DNA of 64,000 bases from an uncultured Pelagibacteraceae bacterium (lineage in GTDB: Bacteria > Pseudomonadota > Alphaproteobacteria > Pelagibacterales > Pelagibacteraceae): positions 31,121-95,120 of the forward strand of contig CACJNV010000002.1 in the NCBI GenBank assembly GCA_902594865.1, written 5' to 3'. This document shows, one piece after another, positions 1 to 9,424 of the stretch (within the stretch, counting starts at the first letter, position 1; each line of letters starts with the position of its first letter). A program made the translations under genes and the position numbers. The notes beneath the pieces were generated by a model. It was not told the origin of the DNA. It saw nothing but the letters and a program-made list of their open reading frames with translations, and did no database searches.

Positions 1-918
1 TTTTATAATAAAATTACTAACCTTTGGTGAATTATCACCAACTACCTTCATTTCAGACAATTTACCATTGCAATGAAGAGCAAGATTACAACCTGCACTA
101 AATGTTTTAATTGTATTAGTTTTTAAATCATCTTTTAAACTTTTCATTGATAAATCATCTGAAATTAAAATGTTTTTAAAGCCAATTTTTTTTCTAATTA
201 AATTTATAATTTTTTTAGAGTGTGTAGCTGTATTTAATCTATCAATACTTCGATATATTACATGTGCTGTCATTGCAAAATAGCTTTGTTTTTTCTTAAA
301 TGGAAAAAAATCATTTTTATTCAAATAATTTAAGTTTTTGGTAACTATAGGAGTAAATTTATGACTATCTACCTTAGCTAATCCATGCCCAGGTATGTGT
401 TTCATCACAGTTCCAATTGAATTTTCATGAAAATAATCAATACAAATATCTCCAATTTTAGAGATATTGTTTTTATTATTTGAAAAAGACCTATCACCAA
501 TAATGTTGCTAGCTCCTTTAACCCGAAGGTCTAAAACAGGAACAGTATTTATATTAACACCGATTGATTTAAGTAAATACGAAGTCTTATCAATAAATAA
601 TTTATAAATAATATTAAATTTTTTCTTATCTTTTGTGAATAAATTGCCAAAATATTCAGAAGTCAAATTATCAAATGAAATAATTTTACTTAATCGATTT
701 ACTCGTCCACCTTCTTGATCAATTAATATAGGGTATTTTTTGTCTTTAAATATCTTTTTTATTTTATCAGTTAATTTTTTAGTTTTTTCAATTGAGCTAA
801 TGTTTCTTGAAAATAAAATAACTCCCCATGGTTTATATTTCTTTAAAAAAGTAATCTCTTTGTTTGATAATTTTGATGATTTTAATCCAACAATAAAAGC
901 TCTTCTATTCTTAATCAT
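1..918 (-). CDS. nagZ: Beta-N-acetylhexosaminidase, GH3 family (partial; 3' end runs off the window)
   Basis: Not in the ORF track. Hand translation from the ATG at 918 gives MIKNRRAFIVGLK...PWGVILFSRN...ILIDQEGGRVNRL...KHIPGHG, the GH3 NagZ motifs; the frame is still open at position 1. Confidence 0.9.
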   Translation of the reverse strand, partial: MIKNRRAFIVGLKSSKLSNKEITFLKKYKPWGVILFSRNISSIEKTKKLTDKIKKIFKDKKYPILIDQEGGRVNRLSKIISFDNLTSEYFGNLFTKDKKKFNIIYKLFIDKTSYLLKSIGVNINTVPVLDLRVKGASNIIGDRSFSNNKNNISKIGDICIDYFHENSIGTVMKHIPGHGLAKVDSHKFTPIVTKNLNYLNKNDFFPFKKKQSYFAMTAHVIYRSIDRLNTATHSKKIINLIRKKIGFKNILISDDLSMKSLKDDLKTNTIKTFSAGCNLALHCNGKLSEMKVVGDNSPKVSNFIIK

Positions 919-1171
919 TCTCTAAAAGTTTCCAAAAATTAAACTTTTTTTTCTTTTTTTTATTTGTTTGCTTAACGTATTCTATTACATTTTGTGTATT
1001 GTTTTCCAAAACAGGTAAATTTTTTGAGTATAATTTAATTTTTTCATCGTTATTTTTATAAGATCTGTATGATTTCTTCTTATTTTCATCTGAAAAATAA
1101 TATCTACCAGTCAAAAAAATAAATAAGGTAATTACGACAATAAAGATTAAATACTTAATTTCTTTTAGCAT
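911..1171 (-). CDS. Small single-pass membrane protein (86 aa) in the syntenic position of alphaproteobacterial FtsN/SPOR genes
   Basis: One N-terminal TM helix. Overlaps the argS stop and the nagZ start, so it is translationally coupled. Confidence 0.75.
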   Translation of the reverse strand: MLKEIKYLIFIVVITLFIFLTGRYYFSDENKKKSYRSYKNNDEKIKLYSKNLPVLENNTQNVIEYVKQTNKKKKKKFNFWKLLEND

Positions 1172-2904
1172 TACATTTTATCTGGCGTATCTACACCAAC
1201 TATATCCATTCCTGATTTTACAACGTTAGATATTGCTTTTAAAAAAATTAATTTATCTGGTGAAACTGTTTTTTGATCATTAATAAACCTTTTTTCTGGG
1301 TTTTGTTTACCAAGATTCCAATAAGAGTGAAATTCTGAAGCCAGATCATATAAATAAACAGGTATTCTATGTGGTTCCAATTTTGAACTAGCTGCATCAA
1401 TACATTTGGGCCATTCTGAAATCTTTTTTAAAATTTTGATCTCATCATTTGAGTATTCGAAACTATAATCATCTAATTCAATTTTTGAATTTAAATCTTT
1501 ATCAATATGTCTAAAGACAGATGAAATTCTGGCATAACAATATTGAACATAATATAATGGGTTATCTTTTGATTTTTCTTTTACAGCATCAAAATCAAAA
1601 TCTAATTCAACATCACTACTTCTGTTGAGCATGATGAATCTGGTTGCATCTTTTCCAACTTCTTCAATTAAATCATCAACCGTAATGTAGTCACCTTTTC
1701 TTTTAGACATCTTAAATGGTTTGTTATCTTTAATTAATTTTACAAGCTGACTAATTTTACAAATCAGTTTATCTTTTTTTCCTGATAAAGCTTCAACTGA
1801 GGATGAAATTCTTTTGATGTAACCAGCATGATCTGCACCAAGAATATTTATTAAATAATCAAATTTACGATCTACTTTATTTTTATGATACGCAACATCA
1901 CTTGCAAAATAAGTCCATGTTCCATCTGACTTTTGTAATGCTCTATCTTTATCGTCACCAAAATCAGTAGATTTAAAAAGTAACTGTTCTCTTTCTACCC
2001 AGTTTTTATCATCTTCACCAGCTGGAGCTTTAATTTTTCCTTTGTATACAAATTTATTCTTTTCTAAAAATTTTATTACACTCTTTACCTCGTTATTTGA
2101 AACAATACTTTTTTCACTAACAAAATTATCATGGTTAATTCCTAAACTCTTAAGGTTCTTTTTAATTAAAAGTAGCGCCTGTTCTATAGATAAAGCTGTT
2201 AACTTATCGCTTATTTGCTCATAATGATCAAAATTTAGATCTGAATTATCCGAAACTATATTTTTTGCAAAATCAACAAGGTAATCTCCTGGATACAAAT
2301 CAGGATTATCTTGAGGAAATGTTTCGTTAAATTTTAATTCCCTAATTCTAAAGTATACGGATTTTGTAAAATTTATAATCTGGTTACCATAATCATTTAC
2401 ATAATACTCTTTAGTAACCTTGTGTTTATTAAATATTAACACATTGGATATGACATCACCTAGAATAGCTCCTCTACAGTGACCAACGTGCAAAGGTCCT
2501 GTGGGATTAGCTGATACAAATTCAACTAAATATTTATTTTTTTTCTCTTTTTCATTAATTCCAAATTTTTCAGCATTATCAATTATTTCTTTAATAAAGT
2601 TTGACCAAAAAGATGGCTTAAATTTAATATTTATGAAACCAGGTTTAGCAATGGATATTTTATCTATTTGATCATCACTATTTTTTATTTCAGGTGCAAG
2701 TTTTTCTGCCAATTCTATTGGGGAAGTTTTATTTAGTTTAGATAAAACCATTGCAACATTAGTTGAAATATCACAATCAAATTTTGGCGGTGGTATTTCA
2801 GCATTAATACCATTGAAACTTTCTGGAACGATAAGTTGATTTTTTTTACTAAGCTTAACAATAATTGATTTAATTTTATCTAAATATAATTCAAAAATAT
2901 TCAT
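1171..2904 (-). CDS. argS: Arginine--tRNA ligase
   Basis: EFVSANPTGPLHVGH (HIGH), GADHAGY, KMSKRKG, YVQYCYAR. Confidence 0.97.
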   Translation of the reverse strand: MNIFELYLDKIKSIIVKLSKKNQLIVPESFNGINAEIPPPKFDCDISTNVAMVLSKLNKTSPIELAEKLAPEIKNSDDQIDKISIAKPGFINIKFKPSFWSNFIKEIIDNAEKFGINEKEKKNKYLVEFVSANPTGPLHVGHCRGAILGDVISNVLIFNKHKVTKEYYVNDYGNQIINFTKSVYFRIRELKFNETFPQDNPDLYPGDYLVDFAKNIVSDNSDLNFDHYEQISDKLTALSIEQALLLIKKNLKSLGINHDNFVSEKSIVSNNEVKSVIKFLEKNKFVYKGKIKAPAGEDDKNWVEREQLLFKSTDFGDDKDRALQKSDGTWTYFASDVAYHKNKVDRKFDYLINILGADHAGYIKRISSSVEALSGKKDKLICKISQLVKLIKDNKPFKMSKRKGDYITVDDLIEEVGKDATRFIMLNRSSDVELDFDFDAVKEKSKDNPLYYVQYCYARISSVFRHIDKDLNSKIELDDYSFEYSNDEIKILKKISEWPKCIDAASSKLEPHRIPVYLYDLASEFHSYWNLGKQNPEKRFINDQKTVSPDKLIFLKAISNVVKSGMDIVGVDTPDKM

Positions 2905-4019
2905 TTATTATCGTTATAAAGGTTAATTGCGTATCTATCCGTCATACCAGATATAAAATCTGAAATAGCTCTATATTTGTCTTTAGTCAATTGCTCTTTA
3001 GTAAGAAATTTTCTAGGATTTGATTTAATTATTTTAAATAATTTCTTAATTATCATTTTACCTCTTTGATTCTTATTAAGTACAGATTTATTGTCATACA
3101 TTCTGTGTCTTAAAAATGATCTGATTTCTTGTTCTGAATTTTCTATTTTACCTGAAAAAGAAACTATTAATTGATTTGATTTTGATACGTCTTTTAATGA
3201 CTTAATTTTAAATTTTTTAATATTTTTTTCTGTATTACTTAGTAAATCTCTTATCATAATATCAATTGAGTCTCTTATGATTTGGTAAATAGCAATTTTA
3301 TAATTTTTTTTATTTATTTTGTTTTTATATCTTTGGTAAATACTTTTGAAAAAATCTAATTCTACTAATTCTTCAAGCTTAAATAAATTAGCTTTGATTC
3401 CATCCTGAATATCGTGATTATTATAAGCAATATCATCTGATATTGCTGATATTTGAGCTTCTAATGATGGATACGTATTAAAGTTAATCTTATTTTTGAA
3501 AACTTTTGATCCAATTAGTTTATTGATCATGCTTAGATCATCTACTGGTCCATTATGTTTTAAAAGTCCTTCTAAAGTTTCAAGAGTTAAATTTAATCCA
3601 GCAAATTTAAAATATTTATTCTCTAAAAACATTACTATTCTTAGTGTCTGAAGATTGTGATCGAAACCTCCATAATTTTGCATACATTCATGTAAAGCAT
3701 CCTCTCCTGCATGGCCAAATGGAGTATGACCTAAATCATGAGCAAGACTTAAGGTTTCAGCTAAATCTTCATTTAATTTTAGATATTTTGCAATTGATCT
3801 TGCTATTTGAGCAACTTCAATTGAGTGAGTAATCCTGGTTCTAAAATGATCCCCTTCAGTGTTAACAAATACTTGGGTTTTATGCTTTAATCTTCTAAAT
3901 GATGCACTGTGAATTATACGATCTCTGTCGCGTTGAAAAGGAGATCTGTATTTTGAATTAGCCTCTTTATTAAGTCTGCCTTTACTTTTAAATACGCCTA
4001 ACAAAGTGTCTTTTTTCAT
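2901..4019 (-). CDS. dgt: dGTP/dNTP triphosphohydrolase (HD domain)
   Basis: RSPFQRDRDRIIHS, KTQVF, RTRITHSIEVAQ, AHDLGHTPFGHAGE, GMTDRYA. Confidence 0.93.
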   Translation of the reverse strand: MKKDTLLGVFKSKGRLNKEANSKYRSPFQRDRDRIIHSASFRRLKHKTQVFVNTEGDHFRTRITHSIEVAQIARSIAKYLKLNEDLAETLSLAHDLGHTPFGHAGEDALHECMQNYGGFDHNLQTLRIVMFLENKYFKFAGLNLTLETLEGLLKHNGPVDDLSMINKLIGSKVFKNKINFNTYPSLEAQISAISDDIAYNNHDIQDGIKANLFKLEELVELDFFKSIYQRYKNKINKKNYKIAIYQIIRDSIDIMIRDLLSNTEKNIKKFKIKSLKDVSKSNQLIVSFSGKIENSEQEIRSFLRHRMYDNKSVLNKNQRGKMIIKKLFKIIKSNPRKFLTKEQLTKDKYRAISDFISGMTDRYAINLYNDNK

Positions 4020-4069
4020 CCTTTAATTTAAATAATTAAGTATTATATTAGTAATATCAGTGTTCAGAC

Positions 4070-4387
4070 ATGATTAAAGAAATTAAATTTACGGATAAAG
4101 CGTTAAAACAAATAGATAATTTGTTATCAAAAAAAGACAAAGGATCATTCTTCAGAATCGCTATCAAAGGTGGAGGGTGTTCTGGTTTTCAATATGAATT
4201 TACATTTGATAAATCAAAACAAGACGACGATTTAAATTATCAAAATATTTTAATTGATAAAACTTCAGCTGATTTACTTAAAGGATCTGAGGTTGATTAT
4301 GTTTCTGAACTTATAGGTGAACAATTCAAAATATCTAATCCACAAACCAAATCTTCATGTGGTTGTGGAGTTTCTTTCTCACTTTAA
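4070..4387 (+). CDS. erpA: A-type Fe-S cluster carrier (HesB/IscA/ErpA)
   Basis: GGGCSGFQY and SSCGCGVSF; usual dgt/erpA/xth synteny. Confidence 0.9.
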   Translation: MIKEIKFTDKALKQIDNLLSKKDKGSFFRIAIKGGGCSGFQYEFTFDKSKQDDDLNYQNILIDKTSADLLKGSEVDYVSELIGEQFKISNPQTKSSCGCGVSFSL

Positions 4388-5163
4388 TGCTCATTTCATC
4401 TTGGAATGTAAACTCAGTAAGAGCAAGAATTGAAAATATCAAAAGCTATTTATTAAAATATAAACCTGATATTTTAATGATGCAGGAAATCAAAACTGAA
4501 GATGTTAATTTTCCATATGATGATTTTTCATCAATGGACTATGAAAGTCATGTATTTGGTCAAAAAAGTTACAATGGTGTAGCAATTATATCTAAAAATA
4601 AATTAAAAAATGTCAAAACAGATTTAATTAAGGATAAGTTAAAACAATCAAGAATAATTTCAGCTGAATTTGAATATAAGAAAAAAAATATACAATTAAT
4701 AAATATTTACACCCCTAATGGTAATCCTGTAGATACTGAAAAATACGATTATAAAAAAGATTGGCTTAATCAATTAATAAAGCAATTAAAAACTTTATCT
4801 AAAAAAAATTCAAATATTATTTTAGCTGGTGATTTCAATATTATCCCTTCAGCAGAAGATGTTTATAATGTTAAAAGTTTCGAAGACGACGCATTATACA
4901 GACTTGAAATAAGAAAAAAATTTAGAGAAATGATTAATCTTGGTTTTAATGACGTCTACAGACATTTTTATGAAGATAAAGAAGGATATACATTTTGGGA
5001 TTATATGAGAGGTGCATGGCAAAAAAATAATGGCATGAGGATAGATCATTTTTTAGTTTCAAATTCCATAATTGATCAAATTAAAGATATTAATATTAAT
5101 AAAGATCCACGTGGAAGAGAAAAGCCTTCTGATCACACACCAATTGAGATTAATTTAGCTTAA
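4387..5163 (+). CDS. xth: Exodeoxyribonuclease III
   Basis: SWNVNSVRAR, QEIK, GDFN, RIDH, SDH. Start placed at the ATG 4387, which overlaps the erpA stop. Confidence 0.95.
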   Translation: MLISSWNVNSVRARIENIKSYLLKYKPDILMMQEIKTEDVNFPYDDFSSMDYESHVFGQKSYNGVAIISKNKLKNVKTDLIKDKLKQSRIISAEFEYKKKNIQLINIYTPNGNPVDTEKYDYKKDWLNQLIKQLKTLSKKNSNIILAGDFNIIPSAEDVYNVKSFEDDALYRLEIRKKFREMINLGFNDVYRHFYEDKEGYTFWDYMRGAWQKNNGMRIDHFLVSNSIIDQIKDININKDPRGREKPSDHTPIEINLA

Positions 5164-6153
5164 AGATTTAATTTTATTTACTAATTCTTCGTTAATATTT
5201 CTTGGGCCAGTATCCATTCTATTCTTGTGACGTCTTTCTCCAGGTAATCTTACTTCACCCATTGATTTCATTTTTTCAAAAAATTCGTCAGCATGTTTTT
5301 GCCAATTAGTACCTGAAGTTTTATCTGGGTTAATGGCTAGTATGAATTCACCGCCACTTGGAGGACCACCATCATTATTATCTTTGGCAGCAGTTTCAAA
5401 ACTAAAATTATCTCCAACTAATGCACCTGCCATTAATTCTACCATCATTGCAATTGCAGATCCCTTGTAACCACCAAAGGGTAATAAAACTCCACCATCA
5501 GCAATTTCCCCTGGATCAGTTGTTTCTTTACCATCTTTAGTCAAACCAGTGCCAAGTGGAACTTTGTGCCCTTCTCTTTTAGCAACTTGAACTTCTCCCA
5601 TAGCCATTGAAGCAGTTGCCATATCATAAACAACTGGTGTTTTACCTGGACGTGGCCAAGCAAATGAAATTGGGTTTGTTCCAAATAAAGGTTTTATTGC
5701 ACCAGCAGGCGCAACTGCAGGCTTATAGGATGTACAAGCAAATGCTACCAAACCTTCCTCTGCTAATTTTTCTGTTTCAGGCCACATAGCAGCCATATGA
5801 TGTGAATTATTTATTGCTAACACAGCTACACCATTTTCTTTTGCAGCTTTTGCTAGTTCAGGCAATCCTTTATTTAATACAACAGGAGCTAAACAATTAT
5901 TTCCTTCAACTTTAATTACTGATGGAGATATTTTTTTTACTTCAGGTTTCCCTTTTCCATTTATCTTTCCACCTTTAAGACCTGTTACATAAGCTGGCAA
6001 TCTAAATAAACCGTGTGATACAGAACCATCTCTTTCAGCGTTTCTGATTAAGTCAGATAAAATTGATGCTGTTTCATCATCACAACCATTTGCTATAAGT
6101 GTTTTTTTGGCTAGTTCAAATATTTCGTCTAAAGTTAATGGAACAGTGCTCAT
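5155..6153 (-). CDS. Ldh_2-family NAD(P)H oxidoreductase, DpkA-like (Delta1-pyrroline/piperideine-2-carboxylate reductase type)
   Basis: SHGLFRLP, SHHMAAMWPE, FGTNPISF, DMATAS, PFGGYKG, RLPGERR. Confidence 0.8.
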   Translation of the reverse strand: MSTVPLTLDEIFELAKKTLIANGCDDETASILSDLIRNAERDGSVSHGLFRLPAYVTGLKGGKINGKGKPEVKKISPSVIKVEGNNCLAPVVLNKGLPELAKAAKENGVAVLAINNSHHMAAMWPETEKLAEEGLVAFACTSYKPAVAPAGAIKPLFGTNPISFAWPRPGKTPVVYDMATASMAMGEVQVAKREGHKVPLGTGLTKDGKETTDPGEIADGGVLLPFGGYKGSAIAMMVELMAGALVGDNFSFETAAKDNNDGGPPSGGEFILAINPDKTSGTNWQKHADEFFEKMKSMGEVRLPGERRHKNRMDTGPRNINEELVNKIKSLS

Positions 6154-6551
6154 TATTTTGATTTACATTTTTTACATAAACCAAAAAATTCTAAATTATA
6201 TTTGCTATATTTCATTCCAGAGTCATCAGAAAAATTAGATAAATATTTTGAAAGTTTTGAATTACTTATTTCAGATACATTTTCACAACTTTCACAAATT
6301 GAAAAAGCTGTTGCTTTTGAGATTTGGCAACTAGAATTTTGACAAGCAATAAAAGCATTTCTACTTTCAATCTTATGAATTTTTCCAATTTCAACCAACT
6401 TATCTAAAGCTCTGTAAACTTGTAGTGGTGCTTTTATTCCCTTTTTTTGGACATTAAATAAAATTGAATAAGCTTTCATAGGTCCGCCAGATTTATCTAT
6501 AAGATCAAAAATGATTTTTTGATTTTTGGAAAGGTTGTGTTCTTTTTGCAT
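6153..6551 (-). CDS. zur: Zinc uptake regulator (Fur family)
   Basis: KAY..L, VYRALDKL, IHKIES.NAFIAC, two CxxC motifs; follows znuCB. Confidence 0.92.
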   Translation of the reverse strand: MQKEHNLSKNQKIIFDLIDKSGGPMKAYSILFNVQKKGIKAPLQVYRALDKLVEIGKIHKIESRNAFIACQNSSCQISKATAFSICESCENVSEISNSKLSKYLSNFSDDSGMKYSKYNLEFFGLCKKCKSK

Positions 6552-6575
6552 TTTTAAATTCTTATCAATTAGTTA

Positions 6576-7379
6576 TCAGTTTTTCAATTTAATCGATTGT
6601 TTAATATTAAGTAAAGACAATATAAATAAGACTAAAGCGGCCATGATTATTGAAGGCCCAGAAGATGTATTAAATTCTAAGGACGAAAATAGACCTAATA
6701 ATACTGACAACAATCCACCAACTATTGAAAATAACACCATCTTTTGAGGGCTATCAGAAATATTTCTAGCCATTGCAGCTGGAATAATAAGCATACCTGT
6801 GATCAATAATAACCCTACCATTTTAATTGATATGGCTATTACAGCAGCCATAAGAATTGTAAAAATTGCTTTTGCTCTATCAGGGTTTAATCCTTCTGCT
6901 TCTGCTAATTCATAATTAACTGTAGATGCAAACAATGGTTTCCAAATTAATTTTAGAACTAATAAAATTACTGCCCCACCAGTCCAGATGATTAATAAAT
7001 CATCAGTTGTTACGGCTAATATATCACCAAACAAAAGTCCCATAATATCAAAACGAATAAAGGTTAAAAAACCTATTACTACTAATCCAACAGCTAAAGA
7101 AGAGTGAGCTAATAGACCAAGCAATGCATCACCAGGTAAATTAGTTTTCTTCTGTAATTGAATTAAAATTAAAGCAATTAAAGATGAAATAATAAATACT
7201 GAAAGAGCAATGTTTAATTCAAACGAGTAAGCTAAAGTAACACCTAGTAGAGCTGAGTGAGCTAATGTATCACCAAAGTAAGATAATCTTCTCCAAACAA
7301 CAAAACAGCCAAGAGGCCCAGTTACTAGGGCTATACCTAAGCCTGCAATTAGTGCTCTTATAAAAAAATCATCAAACAT
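6576..7379 (-). CDS. znuB: Zinc ABC transporter permease
   Basis: GPLGCFVVWRRLSYFGDTLAH, LLFGDILAV, IIPAA. Confidence 0.95.
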   Translation of the reverse strand: MFDDFFIRALIAGLGIALVTGPLGCFVVWRRLSYFGDTLAHSALLGVTLAYSFELNIALSVFIISSLIALILIQLQKKTNLPGDALLGLLAHSSLAVGLVVIGFLTFIRFDIMGLLFGDILAVTTDDLLIIWTGGAVILLVLKLIWKPLFASTVNYELAEAEGLNPDRAKAIFTILMAAVIAISIKMVGLLLITGMLIIPAAMARNISDSPQKMVLFSIVGGLLSVLLGLFSSLEFNTSSGPSIIMAALVLFILSLLNIKQSIKLKN

Positions 7380-7380
7380 A

Positions 7381-8127
7381 TTAATTTTTCTTTATTTCAC
7401 CTTTGTCTGAATGAACATGATCATGTTTATGTTCATATACAGAAAGAATTTGAGATGCTTGTTCACCAAATAAGGTTTTATATTCATTGTTTTTAGCAAC
7501 ATCCATTGGTGATCCAGAGCAACATACGTGACCATTTAAACAAACAACATGATCAGTTGCGGTCATAACTGTATGTAGATCATGAGAGATTAATAGAATT
7601 CCACAATTTAGTGTATCAGAAATTCTTTTTATTAATTCATACAAAGCAATCTCACCAGTATAATCAACTCCTTGAACAGGTTCATCAAGAACTAATAATT
7701 CAGGTTTTTTTGAAATAGCTCTTGCAATTAAAACTCTTTGAAATTCTCCACCTGATAAATTTCCTAAATTTTTATTCTTAAGATGGATAACACCTGTTAA
7801 TGTAAGTGCTTCATCAATTGCCTCTTCTTTAATATTTTCTGTTAGAAGCATAAAGTCATAAACTCTTAACGGTAAAGTCCAATCAATAGATATTTTTTGA
7901 GGAACATATCCAACTTTATTTGTGTATTTCTCAACACTACCTTCTATGTTTTTGTAAATTCCCAATGCAATTTTTGCAGTAGTACTTTTTCCAGAGCCAT
8001 TAGGTCCAATAAGGGTAACGATTTTTCCCTTTTCAACAGTTAATGAAACACCTTCCACTAGCCATTTATCATTTTGTTTAAAACCAGCGTTATTTAATTT
8101 TACTAATGTACTATTTTCTGAGCTCAT
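7381..8127 (-). CDS. znuC: Zinc ABC transporter ATPase
   Basis: GPNGSGKS, LSGGEFQR, LDEP, HVCCSG, His-rich tail. Confidence 0.95.
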   Translation of the reverse strand: MSSENSTLVKLNNAGFKQNDKWLVEGVSLTVEKGKIVTLIGPNGSGKSTTAKIALGIYKNIEGSVEKYTNKVGYVPQKISIDWTLPLRVYDFMLLTENIKEEAIDEALTLTGVIHLKNKNLGNLSGGEFQRVLIARAISKKPELLVLDEPVQGVDYTGEIALYELIKRISDTLNCGILLISHDLHTVMTATDHVVCLNGHVCCSGSPMDVAKNNEYKTLFGEQASQILSVYEHKHDHVHSDKGEIKKN

Positions 8128-8145
8128 ATATTGCTTGACTTATAA

Positions 8146-8178
8146 ATGTTATATTATTACATAACGTTATATTATAAC
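8146..8178. promoter_or_regulatory. Tandem Zur boxes in the divergent znuC/znuA promoter
   Basis: ATGTTATA-T-TATTACAT (8146-8162, one mismatch) and the perfect palindrome GTTATA-T-TATAAC (8166-8178) match the proteobacterial Zur consensus. TTGACT (-35-like) at 8135-8140. Confidence 0.88.
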
Positions 8179-8198
8179 AACCAATTAAATTACTTATT

Positions 8199-9293
8199 AT
8201 GAAAAATATTAAAAAAATACCACTTATATTCTCAATATTATCAATTCTAACATTCTTTACACCAGCAAATGCTGAAATAAAAGTAGTTGCTTCTATTAAA
8301 CCAATTCATTCATTAGCTAGTTACTTAATGGATGGTATTGCTAAACCTGATTTAATAGTTGATGGATATGCATCACCACACGGATTTGCAATGAAACCTT
8401 CACACGCAAAAATGCTTCAAAATGCAGATCTAATATTCTGGGTTGGTGAAGATTTAGAGAGTTTTTTAGAAAAACCATTGAGTTCAATTGCTAAGAAAGC
8501 AGAAAAAATTGAATTAATGGAAACTAAAGGATTACAGGTATTAAAATTTAGAGAAAGAAATATTTTTGACGAACATGATCATGACGATCATGGACATGAC
8601 GATCATGGTAAAAAAGAAGATGATCACGACGATCATGGACATGATGACCACGGTAAAAAGGAAGATGATCACGACCATGATGACCACGGTAAAAAGGAAG
8701 ATGATCACGACCACGGACATGACGATCATGGTAAAAAAGAGGATGATCATGACGACCACGGACATGACGATCATGATGGACATGCGCATGGTGAATTTGA
8801 TCCACACATTTGGTTGGACCCAATTAATGCAAAAGCTATGTTAAATGAAATGGCAGAACATTTAATTGAAAATGATCCTAAAAATGAAGCTAAATATAAA
8901 AGTAATTTAGCTAAAGCTTTACAAGAAATCGATAAACTTACAATTGATGTAATGACTGATTTAAGTAGCAGTGTTGCTTCAATTGTATTCCATGATGCTT
9001 ATCAGTATTTTGAGAAAAGATTTAATGTAAATATATTAGGTGCTTTTACTGTTAATACAGATGTAATGCCTGGAGCAGAACAACTAGCAGAAATCAGAGA
9101 GATAATTGAACACGATAAAGTTGCTTGTGTATTTTCTGAACCTCAATTTAACCCTGATATCATTAAAGCGGTTGCAAAAGACATGAATATTAAAACCGGT
9201 GTAATTGATCCATTAGGAGCGACTTTAGACCCAGGAAAAGACTTATATTTCAATTTAATTAGAAACATGTCTGCATCCTTCAAAGGTTGTTAA
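8199..9293 (+). CDS. znuA: Zinc ABC transporter substrate-binding protein with a long His/Asp-rich loop
   Basis: Signal peptide, VVASIKPIHSL, SPH, DPHIWLDP, FHDAYQYFE, FSEPQF. Confidence 0.96.
   Translation: MKNIKKIPLIFSILSILTFFTPANAEIKVVASIKPIHSLASYLMDGIAKPDLIVDGYASPHGFAMKPSHAKMLQNADLIFWVGEDLESFLEKPLSSIAKKAEKIELMETKGLQVLKFRERNIFDEHDHDDHGHDDHGKKEDDHDDHGHDDHGKKEDDHDHDDHGKKEDDHDHGHDDHGKKEDDHDDHGHDDHDGHAHGEFDPHIWLDPINAKAMLNEMAEHLIENDPKNEAKYKSNLAKALQEIDKLTIDVMTDLSSSVASIVFHDAYQYFEKRFNVNILGAFTVNTDVMPGAEQLAEIREIIEHDKVACVFSEPQFNPDIIKAVAKDMNIKTGVIDPLGATLDPGKDLYFNLIRNMSASFKGC
8574..8792 (+). repeat. In-frame tandem repeat encoding (H/D/G)n-KKEDD units within znuA
   Basis: Four KKEDD units; includes a perfect 36-bp duplication at 8640-8675 / 8676-8711. 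Confidence 0.95.
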
Positions 9294-9305
9294 TTAAAAT
9301 TAGGT

Positions 9306-9339
9306 TTAATCCGGGAATTTTTTTAAATTCTCGGATTAA
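9306..9339 (+). terminator. Stem-loop after znuA (likely terminator)
   Basis: TTAATCCGGGAATTT / AAATTCTCGGATTAA, 15-bp stem with one G-U pair and a 4-nt loop; weak U-tract. Confidence 0.7.
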
Positions 9340-9424
9340 CAAATAATTATTATTGTTATTTAATCTCACAAAAAACATTGTATTTATTTTAAAGAAGATT
9401 TATTTTCTTTCATAATCTGACTAT

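Noticed and set aside
740-925. 61-aa plus-strand ORF
   Set aside because: Antisense to nagZ, which the track missed because its stop lies outside the window.
4357-4386. Upstream start for xth given by the track
   Set aside because: It overlaps the conserved erpA C-terminus; the ATG at 4387 gives the canonical N-terminus.
8541-8844. Three alternative-frame ORFs over znuA, including a His/Arg-rich antisense ORF
   Set aside because: By-products of the stop-free, near-palindromic CATGAC/GATCAT repeat; they do not extend much beyond it.
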